DNA of 64,000 bases from positions 21,246 through 85,245 of the forward strand of contig JANYAK010000033.1 in NCBI GenBank assembly GCA_025361335.1. The letters are read 5' to 3'. Below, piece after piece: positions 18,763 through 27,455 of this stretch (positions are counted from its first letter, which is position 1; every line of letters starts with the position of its first letter). The position numbers and the translations under genes are program-made. Source of the stretch: Coriobacteriia bacterium (GTDB lineage: Bacteria > Actinomycetota > Coriobacteriia > Anaerosomatales > PALSA-660). The notes beneath the pieces were generated by a model that saw nothing but the letters and a program-made list of their open reading frames with translations, made no database searches and was not told where the DNA came from.

Positions 18763-20313
18763 TCAGGGCCTCGCGATGTTGCCCTTCATGATGTAGGCCA
18801 TGCCGCGTCCCGGCAGGCTCTCCGGCAGGTACTTGGGGAGATTCTCATTCATGAACAGATGCACGTTGTTCGCCGCGAAATACAGCTCCTTGGTGAGCAC
18901 CGACCCGCGTACCTGCTGGTTGGTGAGAAAGCCGACCTGCTCCTGCCCGTACAACGCTCCGGCGAATTCGGGAGTCGGGGTCAGATCCTTCGGATTGCCG
19001 TTCGCGGGGCTGATCTGGATGGAGATCTTGCCTGGAGTGACTAGACCCAGAGCCTCGCCGTTGGACTGCATGGCGGCCCATCCCGGATTGAGTGGATACA
19101 CGGGGCATGTGATGAAGATGTCGCCGTTGGCGACGATGGTGCCGTTACCGACGTACTTGACCGGCCCGCCTTCGAACTTCACGTCGCCGTCGACGAACAC
19201 CGTTCCCTCGACATAGAGGGTCTTGCTGCCGTCCACGACGTTGTACACGTAGGCGAAGTCGTCGTGCACGGTCGTGTTGAACTGGTTCGTGTAGCCGGCC
19301 TTACCGAATGAATCGGTACCGCCGATCACGAGAGCGGGTGTGCGGGCGCTGGGCCACGGCCCGGCCCACGCCGTCGTGGGCCCGGTGGTGGTGCCGATGA
19401 CCTTGTAGTATGCGGATGCATTGGGCGCCTTCACGCGAGGACCGGGTGGTGTCAGCGCGGCGTACGTCGCGGGATCCCCGCCCGTCGCTTCCTTGTTCTC
19501 GGTCGTCGCGAGATCCGGGCCCATCTTGTTGTCCGTCGACTGCCTCTTGGCCTTCTCATACATGGTGGTGAGGTACACCAGGTCGAGAGGCGGGAGCGTG
19601 ATCCTGGGGACGGACGACGACACGTACGAGTAGTGCCCGCCCTTGGGCGTCGCGTCACCCGCATCGGGCGGATAGGACTTCTCGCAGAACAGCCGGATCT
19701 TCTCAGCGGGTGTCCCGAGGTGCGAATCCCCAGCGAGGCTGATGTCGCCGTTCTTGACGAACAGCGGGCCCTTCTCGATGTTGGCTCCACCGCCAAGCTG
19801 TATCGAGCCGGCCACGTAGAGCGGCCCATACACGTTCCCCGTCCCCTGGACGCCGCCGCCGCCGGCTGTCATGGAGCCGGAGCCGACGCTGAACTCCCAC
19901 AGGTTCATGTAGAAGAACTTCGTCTGGATGATCTCGGCGGCACCGCGGCGAGACAGCCCTCGGGACACGGCCTCGACCTCCGAGAAGGGCTTGGGCGTGA
20001 GGGTCACCACGTAGGAGCCGCCGCCTGTCACGGCGCCGGTGACCACCATCGGCGGCTGCCCTACGGCCGGGAGCCCGCCCATGGTCTGTATCTTGGACAG
20101 GGCCGCGTCCAGACCGGCGCTGGCGACCTGATAGGCATCGGACTTCGTCTGCGTGTTGCCCGCTTCCGTCAGGGCCTGACCGCCCAGCCAGAACGCCATG
20201 ACGGCGAGTACCGTCATGAAGGAGATGACGCCCATGACGATGACCATGGCTACGCCACGATCATCTCTCAGCGTGTCGCGCACGTGCTCGTTCACAGGGA
20301 CACCAGCTCTCAC
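18763..20313 (-). CDS. Large PilX-N-terminal-domain protein (putative pilus tip/minor-pilin-associated protein)
   Basis: 516 aa. The N-terminus 'RDDRGVAMVIVMGVISFMTVLAVMAFWLGG' is a PilX_N-type hydrophobic segment without Glu+5. The C-terminal ~350 aa carries repetitive G-x-V/I beta-strand patterns such as 'GTVFVDGDVKFEGGPVKYVGNGTIVANGDIFITC'. GTGA overlap with the upstream minor pilin gene. Confidence 0.6.
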   Translation of the reverse strand: MRAGVPVNEHVRDTLRDDRGVAMVIVMGVISFMTVLAVMAFWLGGQALTEAGNTQTKSDAYQVASAGLDAALSKIQTMGGLPAVGQPPMVVTGAVTGGGSYVVTLTPKPFSEVEAVSRGLSRRGAAEIIQTKFFYMNLWEFSVGSGSMTAGGGGVQGTGNVYGPLYVAGSIQLGGGANIEKGPLFVKNGDISLAGDSHLGTPAEKIRLFCEKSYPPDAGDATPKGGHYSYVSSSVPRITLPPLDLVYLTTMYEKAKRQSTDNKMGPDLATTENKEATGGDPATYAALTPPGPRVKAPNASAYYKVIGTTTGPTTAWAGPWPSARTPALVIGGTDSFGKAGYTNQFNTTVHDDFAYVYNVVDGSKTLYVEGTVFVDGDVKFEGGPVKYVGNGTIVANGDIFITCPVYPLNPGWAAMQSNGEALGLVTPGKISIQISPANGNPKDLTPTPEFAGALYGQEQVGFLTNQQVRGSVLTKELYFAANNVHLFMNENLPKYLPESLPGRGMAYIMKGNIARP

Positions 20314-20903
20314 TCCGTGGCGCGGTTTCGCAGGTACACGGTCTGGGACGTCTCAAAGTCCGACCCGCGGGCGCGAAGTGCCAAGGTCATCACTATCGTG
20401 CGCGCGGCCGAGGGCGCCACTTCGGCGATCTGCGCGCCTGTGAGCTCGGTGCGGTCGTCGCGGTAGTAGCGGAACAGCGACACGCCCTTCGACACGTTCA
20501 CGCATGAATCCGAGTAGCGGAAATCCACGCGCGGAGCCACGGTCGTGTTCACGAAGGCGCTGTTGATCGACCACTCGCGATACCGGATCCATCCGGCCGA
20601 CGTAGCATCGACGATGATGCGCTGACCGGTGCCGTTCATCTGGCGATCCGTGCGGAACGTGACGGACTGCGCGGTCGTGTTCTCGAGCTGGATCGCCTGC
20701 ATGAGCTGCCTGATGATGAGCCGCATCGGCTCACCGGAATCGCGCGCGAAGATGGACTGCGACTCGCTGACCTGAGCCGCCATGATCATGGCGTTCGACG
20801 CGGAGTATATGGCGGCAAGCACGACGCCCATCAGCCCGAGCACGATCATCAACTCGGTGAGCGAGAAGCCCTCGTCACGCGCCCTGAAGCGTCCGCCACT
20901 CAT
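20310..20903 (-). CDS. Minor (pseudo)pilin with prepilin N-terminal cleavage/methylation motif
   Basis: 197 aa. 'RARDEG|FSLTELMIVLGLMGVVLAAIY' shows Gly-1, Phe+1 and Glu+5. Confidence 0.8.
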   Translation of the reverse strand: MSGGRFRARDEGFSLTELMIVLGLMGVVLAAIYSASNAMIMAAQVSESQSIFARDSGEPMRLIIRQLMQAIQLENTTAQSVTFRTDRQMNGTGQRIIVDATSAGWIRYREWSINSAFVNTTVAPRVDFRYSDSCVNVSKGVSLFRYYRDDRTELTGAQIAEVAPSAARTIVMTLALRARGSDFETSQTVYLRNRATE

Positions 20904-22555
20904 CAGAACGAGTCACTCCCGGGAAGCGCCGCGGCGGTGGCCGCGACCGTCGCCGGTACCGGCCCCACGACGTGGGATTCGATCGTGCGCGACGTGGCGT
21001 CCTTGTTGCCGCCGGGGGTGAACGTCACAACGTACTTGTAGTAGTAGGCGGCCACGACGGCCTTGTTACCCAAGGCCTCGTCCGACCGGGTGTACGTCGG
21101 GCCCGCCGCCGCGAACTGGTTCGCGGCGTCGCCGGCCGGCCACGTCACCCCATTGGTGCTGCGCCACACCTGGTAGCTGATCGCCGACGTCGAGAACGTC
21201 GGCGGGGTGATCGCCAGCGTGAGATTCGTCGTGATCTTCTCATTGCTGCCGCTGCCCGTCTTGGTGCTTTGGTAGGTGCCCTTGATCTTGGGCCGCGTCA
21301 CCAGCGGGACGACCGTCTGGTCCGTCATGCCGCCGTTGGCGGATGGCGACTGGCCGAACGAGTTCGCCGGAAGGATCCTGAACCAGTACCGCGTGAACGG
21401 GAGGGCGCTGGTCCACCGATACGAGGGCGCAGCGGGATCATAGGTGGGCGACACGAAGTGCACCGCGCCGGAGTCGGGCACGTCGTTCCAGCCGGTCGGC
21501 CCGCTACCAGCGATGGGAGTGCCGCTCACGCCGGCCCTGTCGGACCACGGATGGACCGTGTAATAGGTCGCGTAGTCGCTCACCCCCGCGCCATCCATGG
21601 ACGGACCCCACGCGATCGTGATCGTGTGGTCGCTGTTCTCGACGGGCACCGGCGGGCTGGAACATGCGGTCGGCGGCTGGTTGTCGATGGTCACCCAACG
21701 CTCGACCGTCCCGGGGCGCGACTGGTTGTCATAGGCGACGATGTAGATCTTGCGCTGGCCATCCGGGTAGTAGGGAGTGCCGTCCGCCTGAGTCGCCAAG
21801 GTGTTCCAGTAGAACGAGTACGTCCCACTCTGGACGGCGAGGTCGATCCACTCGCCTGTCGTCCCTGAGTTACTGGGAATCCCCCCGCCGGCCCCGAACA
21901 GCACGGGGACCCCGCAGAACATCTGGAGCCGCTTGATCGTCCCGCCCGTGTTAGGCGTCGACACGTGCGCCGTGACCATGATGCTGTTGCCGCGGATGAC
22001 CGCTCCCGAGGCCGGAGCCTGTCCGTCCACGAACGAGATGACCGGCACGGCCGTCCCCCCGGTGCCGCCCGTGGTCCCACCCGGGATCGCGACGATCTCG
22101 CCCGGTGCGCGGACATAGGTGGCGTAGGTCTGGACGACCGGGCGGCGGGTGAGCGCCCCCACCGAGACCACGACGACGACCTGCTTGTAGTTCTGGACCC
22201 CTGAGATCGCGGGGTCATCGACCCAAGTGACCGTGGGGGTGATCGTTATCTCGAAGCTGCCGCTACGGGCGACGGTGTTCACGGGCAGGCTGCCCTCGAT
22301 GGAGCCGCCAGCGCCTCCCGCCACCCCGACACTGGCGAATGGCATCGATCGCACGGCCTCGAGGTACGAGTGCGACGCGGCGGTCGCCACGTTCTGCTCC
22401 TTGGCTTGCACGCTCATCTGGGTCGACTTGAGGAGCAGCCCGAGTAGCGCGCTGACGGCGATGAGAAGGATGACCGCCGCGATCATGAGTTCGAGGAGGG
22501 TCATGCCCGCGTCGCCGCGGCACCAGGTCCGGATGCGACCCATCGCGCCTGTCAT
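20903..22555 (-). CDS. Large PilV-like minor pilin with C-terminal Ig/FN3-like domains
   Basis: Track ORF extends to 22648. ATG at 22555 (M32) is preceded by GGGAGGAG 6 nt upstream. Leader MTGAMGRIRTWCRGDAG|MTLLELMIAAVILLIAVSALLGLL has Glu+5. An FN3-like signature 'ITIAWGPSMDGAGVSDYATYY' is present. 550 aa. Confidence 0.7.
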   Translation of the reverse strand: MTGAMGRIRTWCRGDAGMTLLELMIAAVILLIAVSALLGLLLKSTQMSVQAKEQNVATAASHSYLEAVRSMPFASVGVAGGAGGSIEGSLPVNTVARSGSFEITITPTVTWVDDPAISGVQNYKQVVVVVSVGALTRRPVVQTYATYVRAPGEIVAIPGGTTGGTGGTAVPVISFVDGQAPASGAVIRGNSIMVTAHVSTPNTGGTIKRLQMFCGVPVLFGAGGGIPSNSGTTGEWIDLAVQSGTYSFYWNTLATQADGTPYYPDGQRKIYIVAYDNQSRPGTVERWVTIDNQPPTACSSPPVPVENSDHTITIAWGPSMDGAGVSDYATYYTVHPWSDRAGVSGTPIAGSGPTGWNDVPDSGAVHFVSPTYDPAAPSYRWTSALPFTRYWFRILPANSFGQSPSANGGMTDQTVVPLVTRPKIKGTYQSTKTGSGSNEKITTNLTLAITPPTFSTSAISYQVWRSTNGVTWPAGDAANQFAAAGPTYTRSDEALGNKAVVAAYYYKYVVTFTPGGNKDATSRTIESHVVGPVPATVAATAAALPGSDSF

Positions 22556-22682
22556 CTTTCTCCTCCCCTTCCGTCGCAGCAGCGGTCGCCCGAACGGCGC
22601 CACGACGGAATCCGGGCGCTCTTCCGTTCTCATTATCGTCCGATTCACGAGACTTCATGAGTCGCTCGCGACGGGCGACTGA

Positions 22683-23546
22683 TCACGCGGCGCCGAGCAG
22701 TCCCAAGTAGCCGTGCCACAGCCAAGGGCCGACCATGACGGCGATGACACCGCCCATGGCGAGGAACGGGCCGAACGGGATGCTGTGCGTGGAAAGCTCG
22801 CCTCCCGATCGCCGCGCCCCCACGATCCCGGCGATCGCGCCGACGAGGCTCCCCGCGAACAGGGCGACCAGGACGTATCCGCCGATGAAGAGGCCCATCG
22901 CCCCGAGCAGCTTCACGTCGCCGGCACCGAGGCCGCTGCGCCCGCGAAGCGCCCCATATGCGCCCGCGATGCCTCCGCTCAATCCCATCCCGAGCACGGC
23001 GCCGGCCAGAGACGCGACCAGCGGCATGGCGAATACGCCGGCCCGCGCGGCGCCGACCAACGGCACCATGCCTGCTTCCGTCAGCTGGCTGAAAGCGGCT
23101 CCCACCAGACCCAGGCCGGCTAGCACCCCGACCAGGACGTTGGGCAGCCGGCGCGTGTCGATGTCGATGAACGCCAGGATGAGCAGAAGGTAGAAGAGGA
23201 CGACGCAGGCGACGGTCCGCCATGAGGGCCCGAAGCGCAGCGCGGCGGAGGCCCACAGGACGCCCGACAGGAGCTCGACAAGCGGATAGCGCCCCGAGAT
23301 CGGGGCTCCGCAGTCGCGGCATCTCCCGCCCAGGACGAGCCAAGACGCGATGGGCACGTTGTCGTACCAGCGCACCGGATGCCCGCACGCCGGGCACCGC
23401 GAACCGGGCGACACGATCGACTCGCCGCGGGGAACGCGCCAGATCACCACATTGGCGAAGCTGCCGAACAGCAGGCCGAAGAACGCCAGGCTGACCGGCA
23501 CGAACCACGAGAGGAAATCCACACTCACCGCTTCCGTCGGCTGCAA
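22683..23546 (-). CDS. pilD: Prepilin peptidase (A24 family)
   Basis: 287 aa. N-terminal Cys box 'CPACGHPVRWYDNVP...GRCRDCGAPI'. Catalytic Asp motifs 'FIDIDTRRLP' and 'GLGAGDVKLLGAMG'. Polytopic membrane protein. Confidence 0.9.
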   Translation of the reverse strand: MQPTEAVSVDFLSWFVPVSLAFFGLLFGSFANVVIWRVPRGESIVSPGSRCPACGHPVRWYDNVPIASWLVLGGRCRDCGAPISGRYPLVELLSGVLWASAALRFGPSWRTVACVVLFYLLLILAFIDIDTRRLPNVLVGVLAGLGLVGAAFSQLTEAGMVPLVGAARAGVFAMPLVASLAGAVLGMGLSGGIAGAYGALRGRSGLGAGDVKLLGAMGLFIGGYVLVALFAGSLVGAIAGIVGARRSGGELSTHSIPFGPFLAMGGVIAVMVGPWLWHGYLGLLGAA

Positions 23547-23617
23547 CCGTGGTCGGACCAGATTGTAGCCTCACCAGGCGGGCCGGCCCAACTCGCCCTC
23601 TAACCGGCTGATGACGT

Positions 23618-23651
23618 GAAGAGGGCCGGCGGTCGCCCGCCGGCCCTCTTC
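23618..23651 (-). terminator. Perfect 15-bp GC-rich hairpin just downstream of pilA (terminator/attenuator candidate)
   Basis: gaagagggccggcgg-tcgc-ccgccggccctcttc. It lies 18 nt after the pilA stop (23669) and before pilD. No clear U-tract. Confidence 0.55.
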
Positions 23652-23668
23652 TTGCGAGATCGTCTTAG

Positions 23669-24076
23669 CTACTCGTGGTACTTGTGGCCCAAGGCGACGT
23701 TTGGGCAAGCGAACGTACCGGCGGCGACAGTGTACACAACGGGAGCGTTGGCCACCTGTGTCGGGCATGTCGTGGACTTGGCCCAGTCCTTGACGTAGAT
23801 GCCGGTCTTGCCGTCGCCGTTACCGGCGGTGGAGATCGCACCTTGGGCAGCTGCGAGCGTGTCCATGCCGGTAACGGTGTTGGCCTCATTGGCGGCGACC
23901 CACTGCTGGACCGCACCGTCGAGAACACGCAGGTTGTTCTGGCAGGCGCTCTTACGGGCGGATGCACTGGCCGAGTTGAAGACAGGGATAGCGATAGCAA
24001 CAAGGATACCGATAATGAGGACGACGACCATGAGTTCGACGAGGGTGAAGCCCTCGTCCTTCCTGAACATCTTCAT
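23669..24076 (-). CDS. pilA: Major type IV pilin (PilA-like)
   Basis: This is the last 135 codons of track ORF 23669..24682. ATG at 24076 is preceded by GGAGGTG. Sequence MKMFRKDEG|FTLVELMVVVLIIGILVAIAIPVF has a 9-aa leader, Phe+1 and Glu+5. C-terminal Cys pair in 'TTCPTQ...FACPNV'. The upstream part of the track ORF is Arg-rich and looks spurious. Confidence 0.9.
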   Translation of the reverse strand: MKMFRKDEGFTLVELMVVVLIIGILVAIAIPVFNSASASARKSACQNNLRVLDGAVQQWVAANEANTVTGMDTLAAAQGAISTAGNGDGKTGIYVKDWAKSTTCPTQVANAPVVYTVAAGTFACPNVALGHKYHE

Positions 24077-24216
24077 CAAGATGTCCACCTCCCCTTCCAT
24101 TTGCTGACCTTCGGGACACGCCGTCTGCGCAACCCTTCCAGAGTCAGTATCGGCATGCGGGAAGGGGGCTTGAGAGGAAATCCCTATGGCACGCCTCGAC
24201 CGCAGGCGGCGACGCC

Positions 24217-25431
24217 CTACTTGACCAGAGTGATGACCTCGAACATCGGCATATACAGCGCGATGACGATCCCGCCGACCAAGAGGCCCATGACGGCCAT
24301 CATCACGGGCTCGATCACCGACGTGAGGCCGTCGACCGCGGCCGCGACCTCTTCGTCGTAGAAGTCGGCGATCTTGTTCAGCATGGCGTCGAGTGCACCG
24401 GTCTCCTCGCCGACCGCGATCATCTGGACGAGCATCGACGGGAACACGGGGGATTCGGCCAGCGGCTTGGCGATCGTCTCGCCCTCCTTGATGGCCGAAC
24501 GGACCTTCTTGACGGCCCGCGACACGACCTCGTTGCCGGACGTGGCTCCCACGATCTCCAGCGCGGAGAGGATGGGCACGCCGGCGGAGACGAGCGTCCC
24601 GAAGGTCCGCGTGAACTTGGCGAGCGCGATCTTGCGCACGATCGATCCGAACAGCGGCGCCCGCAGCTTGATGCCGTCCCACATGAAGAGACCGGCATCA
24701 GTGCCCTTCCACCAGCGGAACAGGAAGTTGAATCCGAAGATGCCGACGACGACCGCCAATCCCGGCCAGCTGCGTGCGCCCGCTGAGATGTTCACGAGGA
24801 TCTGCGTCGGCAGGGGCAACTGGCCGCCCATGGACGCGAACATGCCCTGGAAGACGGGGACGACGAACACCATCATGGCGATGAGGATCGTCAGGACGAG
24901 GGCCCCCATGGCGACAGGGTAGGTCATGGCCGACTTGATCTTGCCCTTGAGGAGCTGCTCGCGCTCGAAGTGGTCGGCGACGCGGCTCAGCACCTCGTCG
25001 AGGACGCCGCCGGTCTCGCCCGCGCGGACCATGTTGACGAAGATCGGGGGGAACACCTTGTTGTGTCGCCCCATCGATTCGGAAAGGGACTGACCCGACT
25101 CGACGTCCCTTCCCACCTGTGCGATGACGGTGCGGAGGCCGTCACTCTCAGTCTGCTGGCCAAGGATGGCCAGGCACTTGGTGAGAGACAGCCCGGCGTT
25201 GATCATCGTGGAGAACTGACGCGCGAAGATGGTGATGTCCTTCACCTTGATGCCGGTGCCGAACTTCACGGCGCTGAGCTGCGCGAGAAGACCGCCGCCC
25301 TCTTCGAGGCTGACGATCACATAGCCCATCTGGCGCAATCGGCCGGATACGGCTTCCTTGCTGTCGCCTTCGAGAGCGCCGTCGACGGTCTTACCCGCCT
25401 TGTCGCGCACCGTGTATCTGTAGGTGGGCAT
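24217..25431 (-). CDS. pilC: Type IV pilus platform protein PilC (GspF family)
   Basis: 404 aa. Starts 'MPTYRYTVRDKAGKTVDGALEGDSKEAVSGRLRQMGY'. Two GspF repeats and three TM regions. Confidence 0.9.
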   Translation of the reverse strand: MPTYRYTVRDKAGKTVDGALEGDSKEAVSGRLRQMGYVIVSLEEGGGLLAQLSAVKFGTGIKVKDITIFARQFSTMINAGLSLTKCLAILGQQTESDGLRTVIAQVGRDVESGQSLSESMGRHNKVFPPIFVNMVRAGETGGVLDEVLSRVADHFEREQLLKGKIKSAMTYPVAMGALVLTILIAMMVFVVPVFQGMFASMGGQLPLPTQILVNISAGARSWPGLAVVVGIFGFNFLFRWWKGTDAGLFMWDGIKLRAPLFGSIVRKIALAKFTRTFGTLVSAGVPILSALEIVGATSGNEVVSRAVKKVRSAIKEGETIAKPLAESPVFPSMLVQMIAVGEETGALDAMLNKIADFYDEEVAAAVDGLTSVIEPVMMAVMGLLVGGIVIALYMPMFEVITLVK

Positions 25432-25499
25432 CCCGAACCTCTTCCGTCGTCCCTACTTGTCGGCTCGGTCGGGCACGGTCTTGAGCGTAGACAGGGTCA

Positions 25500-25531
25500 C
25501 CGGCCATGGCCGGCGTTCCTCGGCGATTATA
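25500..25531 (-). promoter_or_regulatory. Candidate internal promoter (-10 TATAAT) with adjacent 14-bp perfect palindrome, upstream of pilC
   Basis: Minus strand reads ...cacgcTATAATcgccgaggaacgCCGGCCATGGCCGGtgac.... TATAAT is plus 25526..25531 and the palindrome is 25500..25513. Both lie in the 201-nt pilB-pilC gap. I see no convincing -35. Confidence 0.35.
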
Positions 25532-25632
25532 GCGTGGGCCGTCCAGTCGGTTCCGCCAGCGCGTTCGACGGTACCCCTGCAGGCATCCCGAACGACCGGC
25601 TGGTGGGCATCTGGGGCGATGCGCCGCAAGAG

Positions 25633-27306
25633 CTAGACGATGACCCTCGTGATCTCCTCGATCGACGTCTGGCCCAAGCGGCATTTCTCAAGGCCGTCTT
25701 CCCGCAGGGTCATCATGCCTTGCATGATCGCGACCTTCTTCACTTCCTCGGCGGTGGCGTCCTCGACGGCCAGCCGGGAGATCTCCTCCGACATCAGGAG
25801 CACCTCGTGGACGCCCATGCGACCTCGATAGCCCGTGCCGCCGCACTTCTTGCAGCCTTTCGGCCGCCACAGCTTGTCGGGAAGGTTGTCGGGGTTGTAT
25901 CCCGCGTCGAGGAGGACCTGCTTGATGGGCACGTACTCCTCTTTGCAGTCGGAGCACAGGCGCCGCGCCAGGCGCTGGCCCAGGACGCAGTCGAGAGCGG
26001 ACGAGACGAGGAACGGCTCGACGCCCATCTCGACCAGTCGGGTGACCGCGCCCGCCGCGTCGTTGGTGTGCAGTGTCGACAGCACGAGGTGGCCGGTGAG
26101 CGCCGATTCGATGGCGATCTTGGCCGTCTCCTGGTCGCGGATCTCGCCCACGAGGATGACGTCGGGCGAGCACCGTAGGAACGAGCGCAGAGCGGTCCCG
26201 AACGTCAGACCCGCCTTCGCGTTCGTCTGGATCTGGTTCACGCCAGGCAGGCGGTACTCGACGGGATCCTCGGCCGTGATGATGTGGCGATGCGGCTCGT
26301 TGAGCACGTTGATCGCCGCGTAGAGCGACGTCGACTTCCCCGACCCGGTGGGGCCCGTGACGAGGATGGCACCGTACGGCTTGCGGAACGAGGATTCGAA
26401 CCGCTCGAGCGCGGTGGGCAGGAAGCCGAGATCCGACAGCTTGAGGAGGATGGAGTCTTTTCGCAGGATTCGCAGGACGACCCGTTCCCCGTACACCGTG
26501 GGCAGAGTCGAGACTCGGAAGTCGAGCTTGTGCCCGCTGATCGTGAGGGCGCAATGGCCGTCCTGCGGCTTGCGGGTCTCGGCGATGTCCATGTCCGCCA
26601 TGACCTTGAAACGGCTCAGGATCGCCGATTGGGTGGACTTCGGACTGTGCATCATCTCGTGCAGTACGCCGTCGATCCGGTAACGGATGCGCAGGTCGCG
26701 TTCCTGCGGCTCGATGTGGATGTCGGAGGCTCGATCCGCGACCGCCTTCGCGATGATGAAGTTGACCAGTTTCACGATGGGAGCGTCGGCGGTGACCTCG
26801 GACAGCTCGGACAGGTCGTCGGAGATCAGTTCCTCTACGCCGCCCCAGTCGTCCGTCTGGACATGTTCCGCCACCGTGTAGGCGTCCTCGATGACCGAGA
26901 GGATGTCATCCTTCGTCGAGATGGCAGGACGTATCTCGTACCCGGTGATGATCCGCAGGTCGTCGAGCGCGAGGACGTTCTGCGGATCGGCCATGGCGAC
27001 CAGCAGCCGGTTCTGCTCGTCGAATCCGACGGGCATCAGGACATATCGTGTCGCGAGCTCCTTCGGCACGATGGCGACGGCCGCCGGGTCCGGCTTCCGC
27101 TCGGCGAAGTCGACATAGGGGATGCCGATCTGCTGCGCCATCACGGCCAGGATCGACCCTTGCGTGGCGTATCCGAGCTCGACCAGGACGCGACCGAGCG
27201 GACTGTCCGTGGCCCGGTGGACCTCCACGGCGTCGTTGAGTTGACCTTCGGTGATGACACCGGCCTTCATGAGGAGCTGGCCGAGTCGTTCGCCGGCTTC
27301 TGCCAC
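25633..27306 (-). CDS. pilB: Type IV pilus extension ATPase PilB paralogue 1 (GspE family)
   Basis: Track ORF is 911 aa, but its first 354 codons are Arg/Gly-rich and run through two other genes. GTG at 27306 (V355) has GAAGAGGTG upstream and gives 557 aa. N-terminus 'RLGQLLMKAGVITEGQL...' is T2SSE_N/MshEN-like. Walker A 'GPTGSGKST', 'LVGEIRD', and a tetracysteine 'CSDCKEEY...CKKCGGTGYRGR'. Confidence 0.9.
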   Translation of the reverse strand: MAEAGERLGQLLMKAGVITEGQLNDAVEVHRATDSPLGRVLVELGYATQGSILAVMAQQIGIPYVDFAERKPDPAAVAIVPKELATRYVLMPVGFDEQNRLLVAMADPQNVLALDDLRIITGYEIRPAISTKDDILSVIEDAYTVAEHVQTDDWGGVEELISDDLSELSEVTADAPIVKLVNFIIAKAVADRASDIHIEPQERDLRIRYRIDGVLHEMMHSPKSTQSAILSRFKVMADMDIAETRKPQDGHCALTISGHKLDFRVSTLPTVYGERVVLRILRKDSILLKLSDLGFLPTALERFESSFRKPYGAILVTGPTGSGKSTSLYAAINVLNEPHRHIITAEDPVEYRLPGVNQIQTNAKAGLTFGTALRSFLRCSPDVILVGEIRDQETAKIAIESALTGHLVLSTLHTNDAAGAVTRLVEMGVEPFLVSSALDCVLGQRLARRLCSDCKEEYVPIKQVLLDAGYNPDNLPDKLWRPKGCKKCGGTGYRGRMGVHEVLLMSEEISRLAVEDATAEEVKKVAIMQGMMTLREDGLEKCRLGQTSIEEITRVIV

Positions 27307-27455
27307 GGGCGGGGCACCTCTTCGGAGACGGAATGCACAGCGTGGCGCCACGGCCACCCTGTCGAATGGTACGCCATAGGCGACTCCCCCGACAGGTGCT
27401 TCACAGGCCGGGCGGACTCGCGGGGCGGGCTGCCGGGGACGTGCGACAGGCCGCG

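Noticed and set aside
24077-24216. Sigma-54 promoter upstream of pilA (TGGaagggTTGCg).
   Set aside because: The GG and GC elements are only ~7 nt apart instead of the required 10. No enhancer-binding-protein gene is present in the window, and I am not aware of sigma-54 use in actinobacteria.
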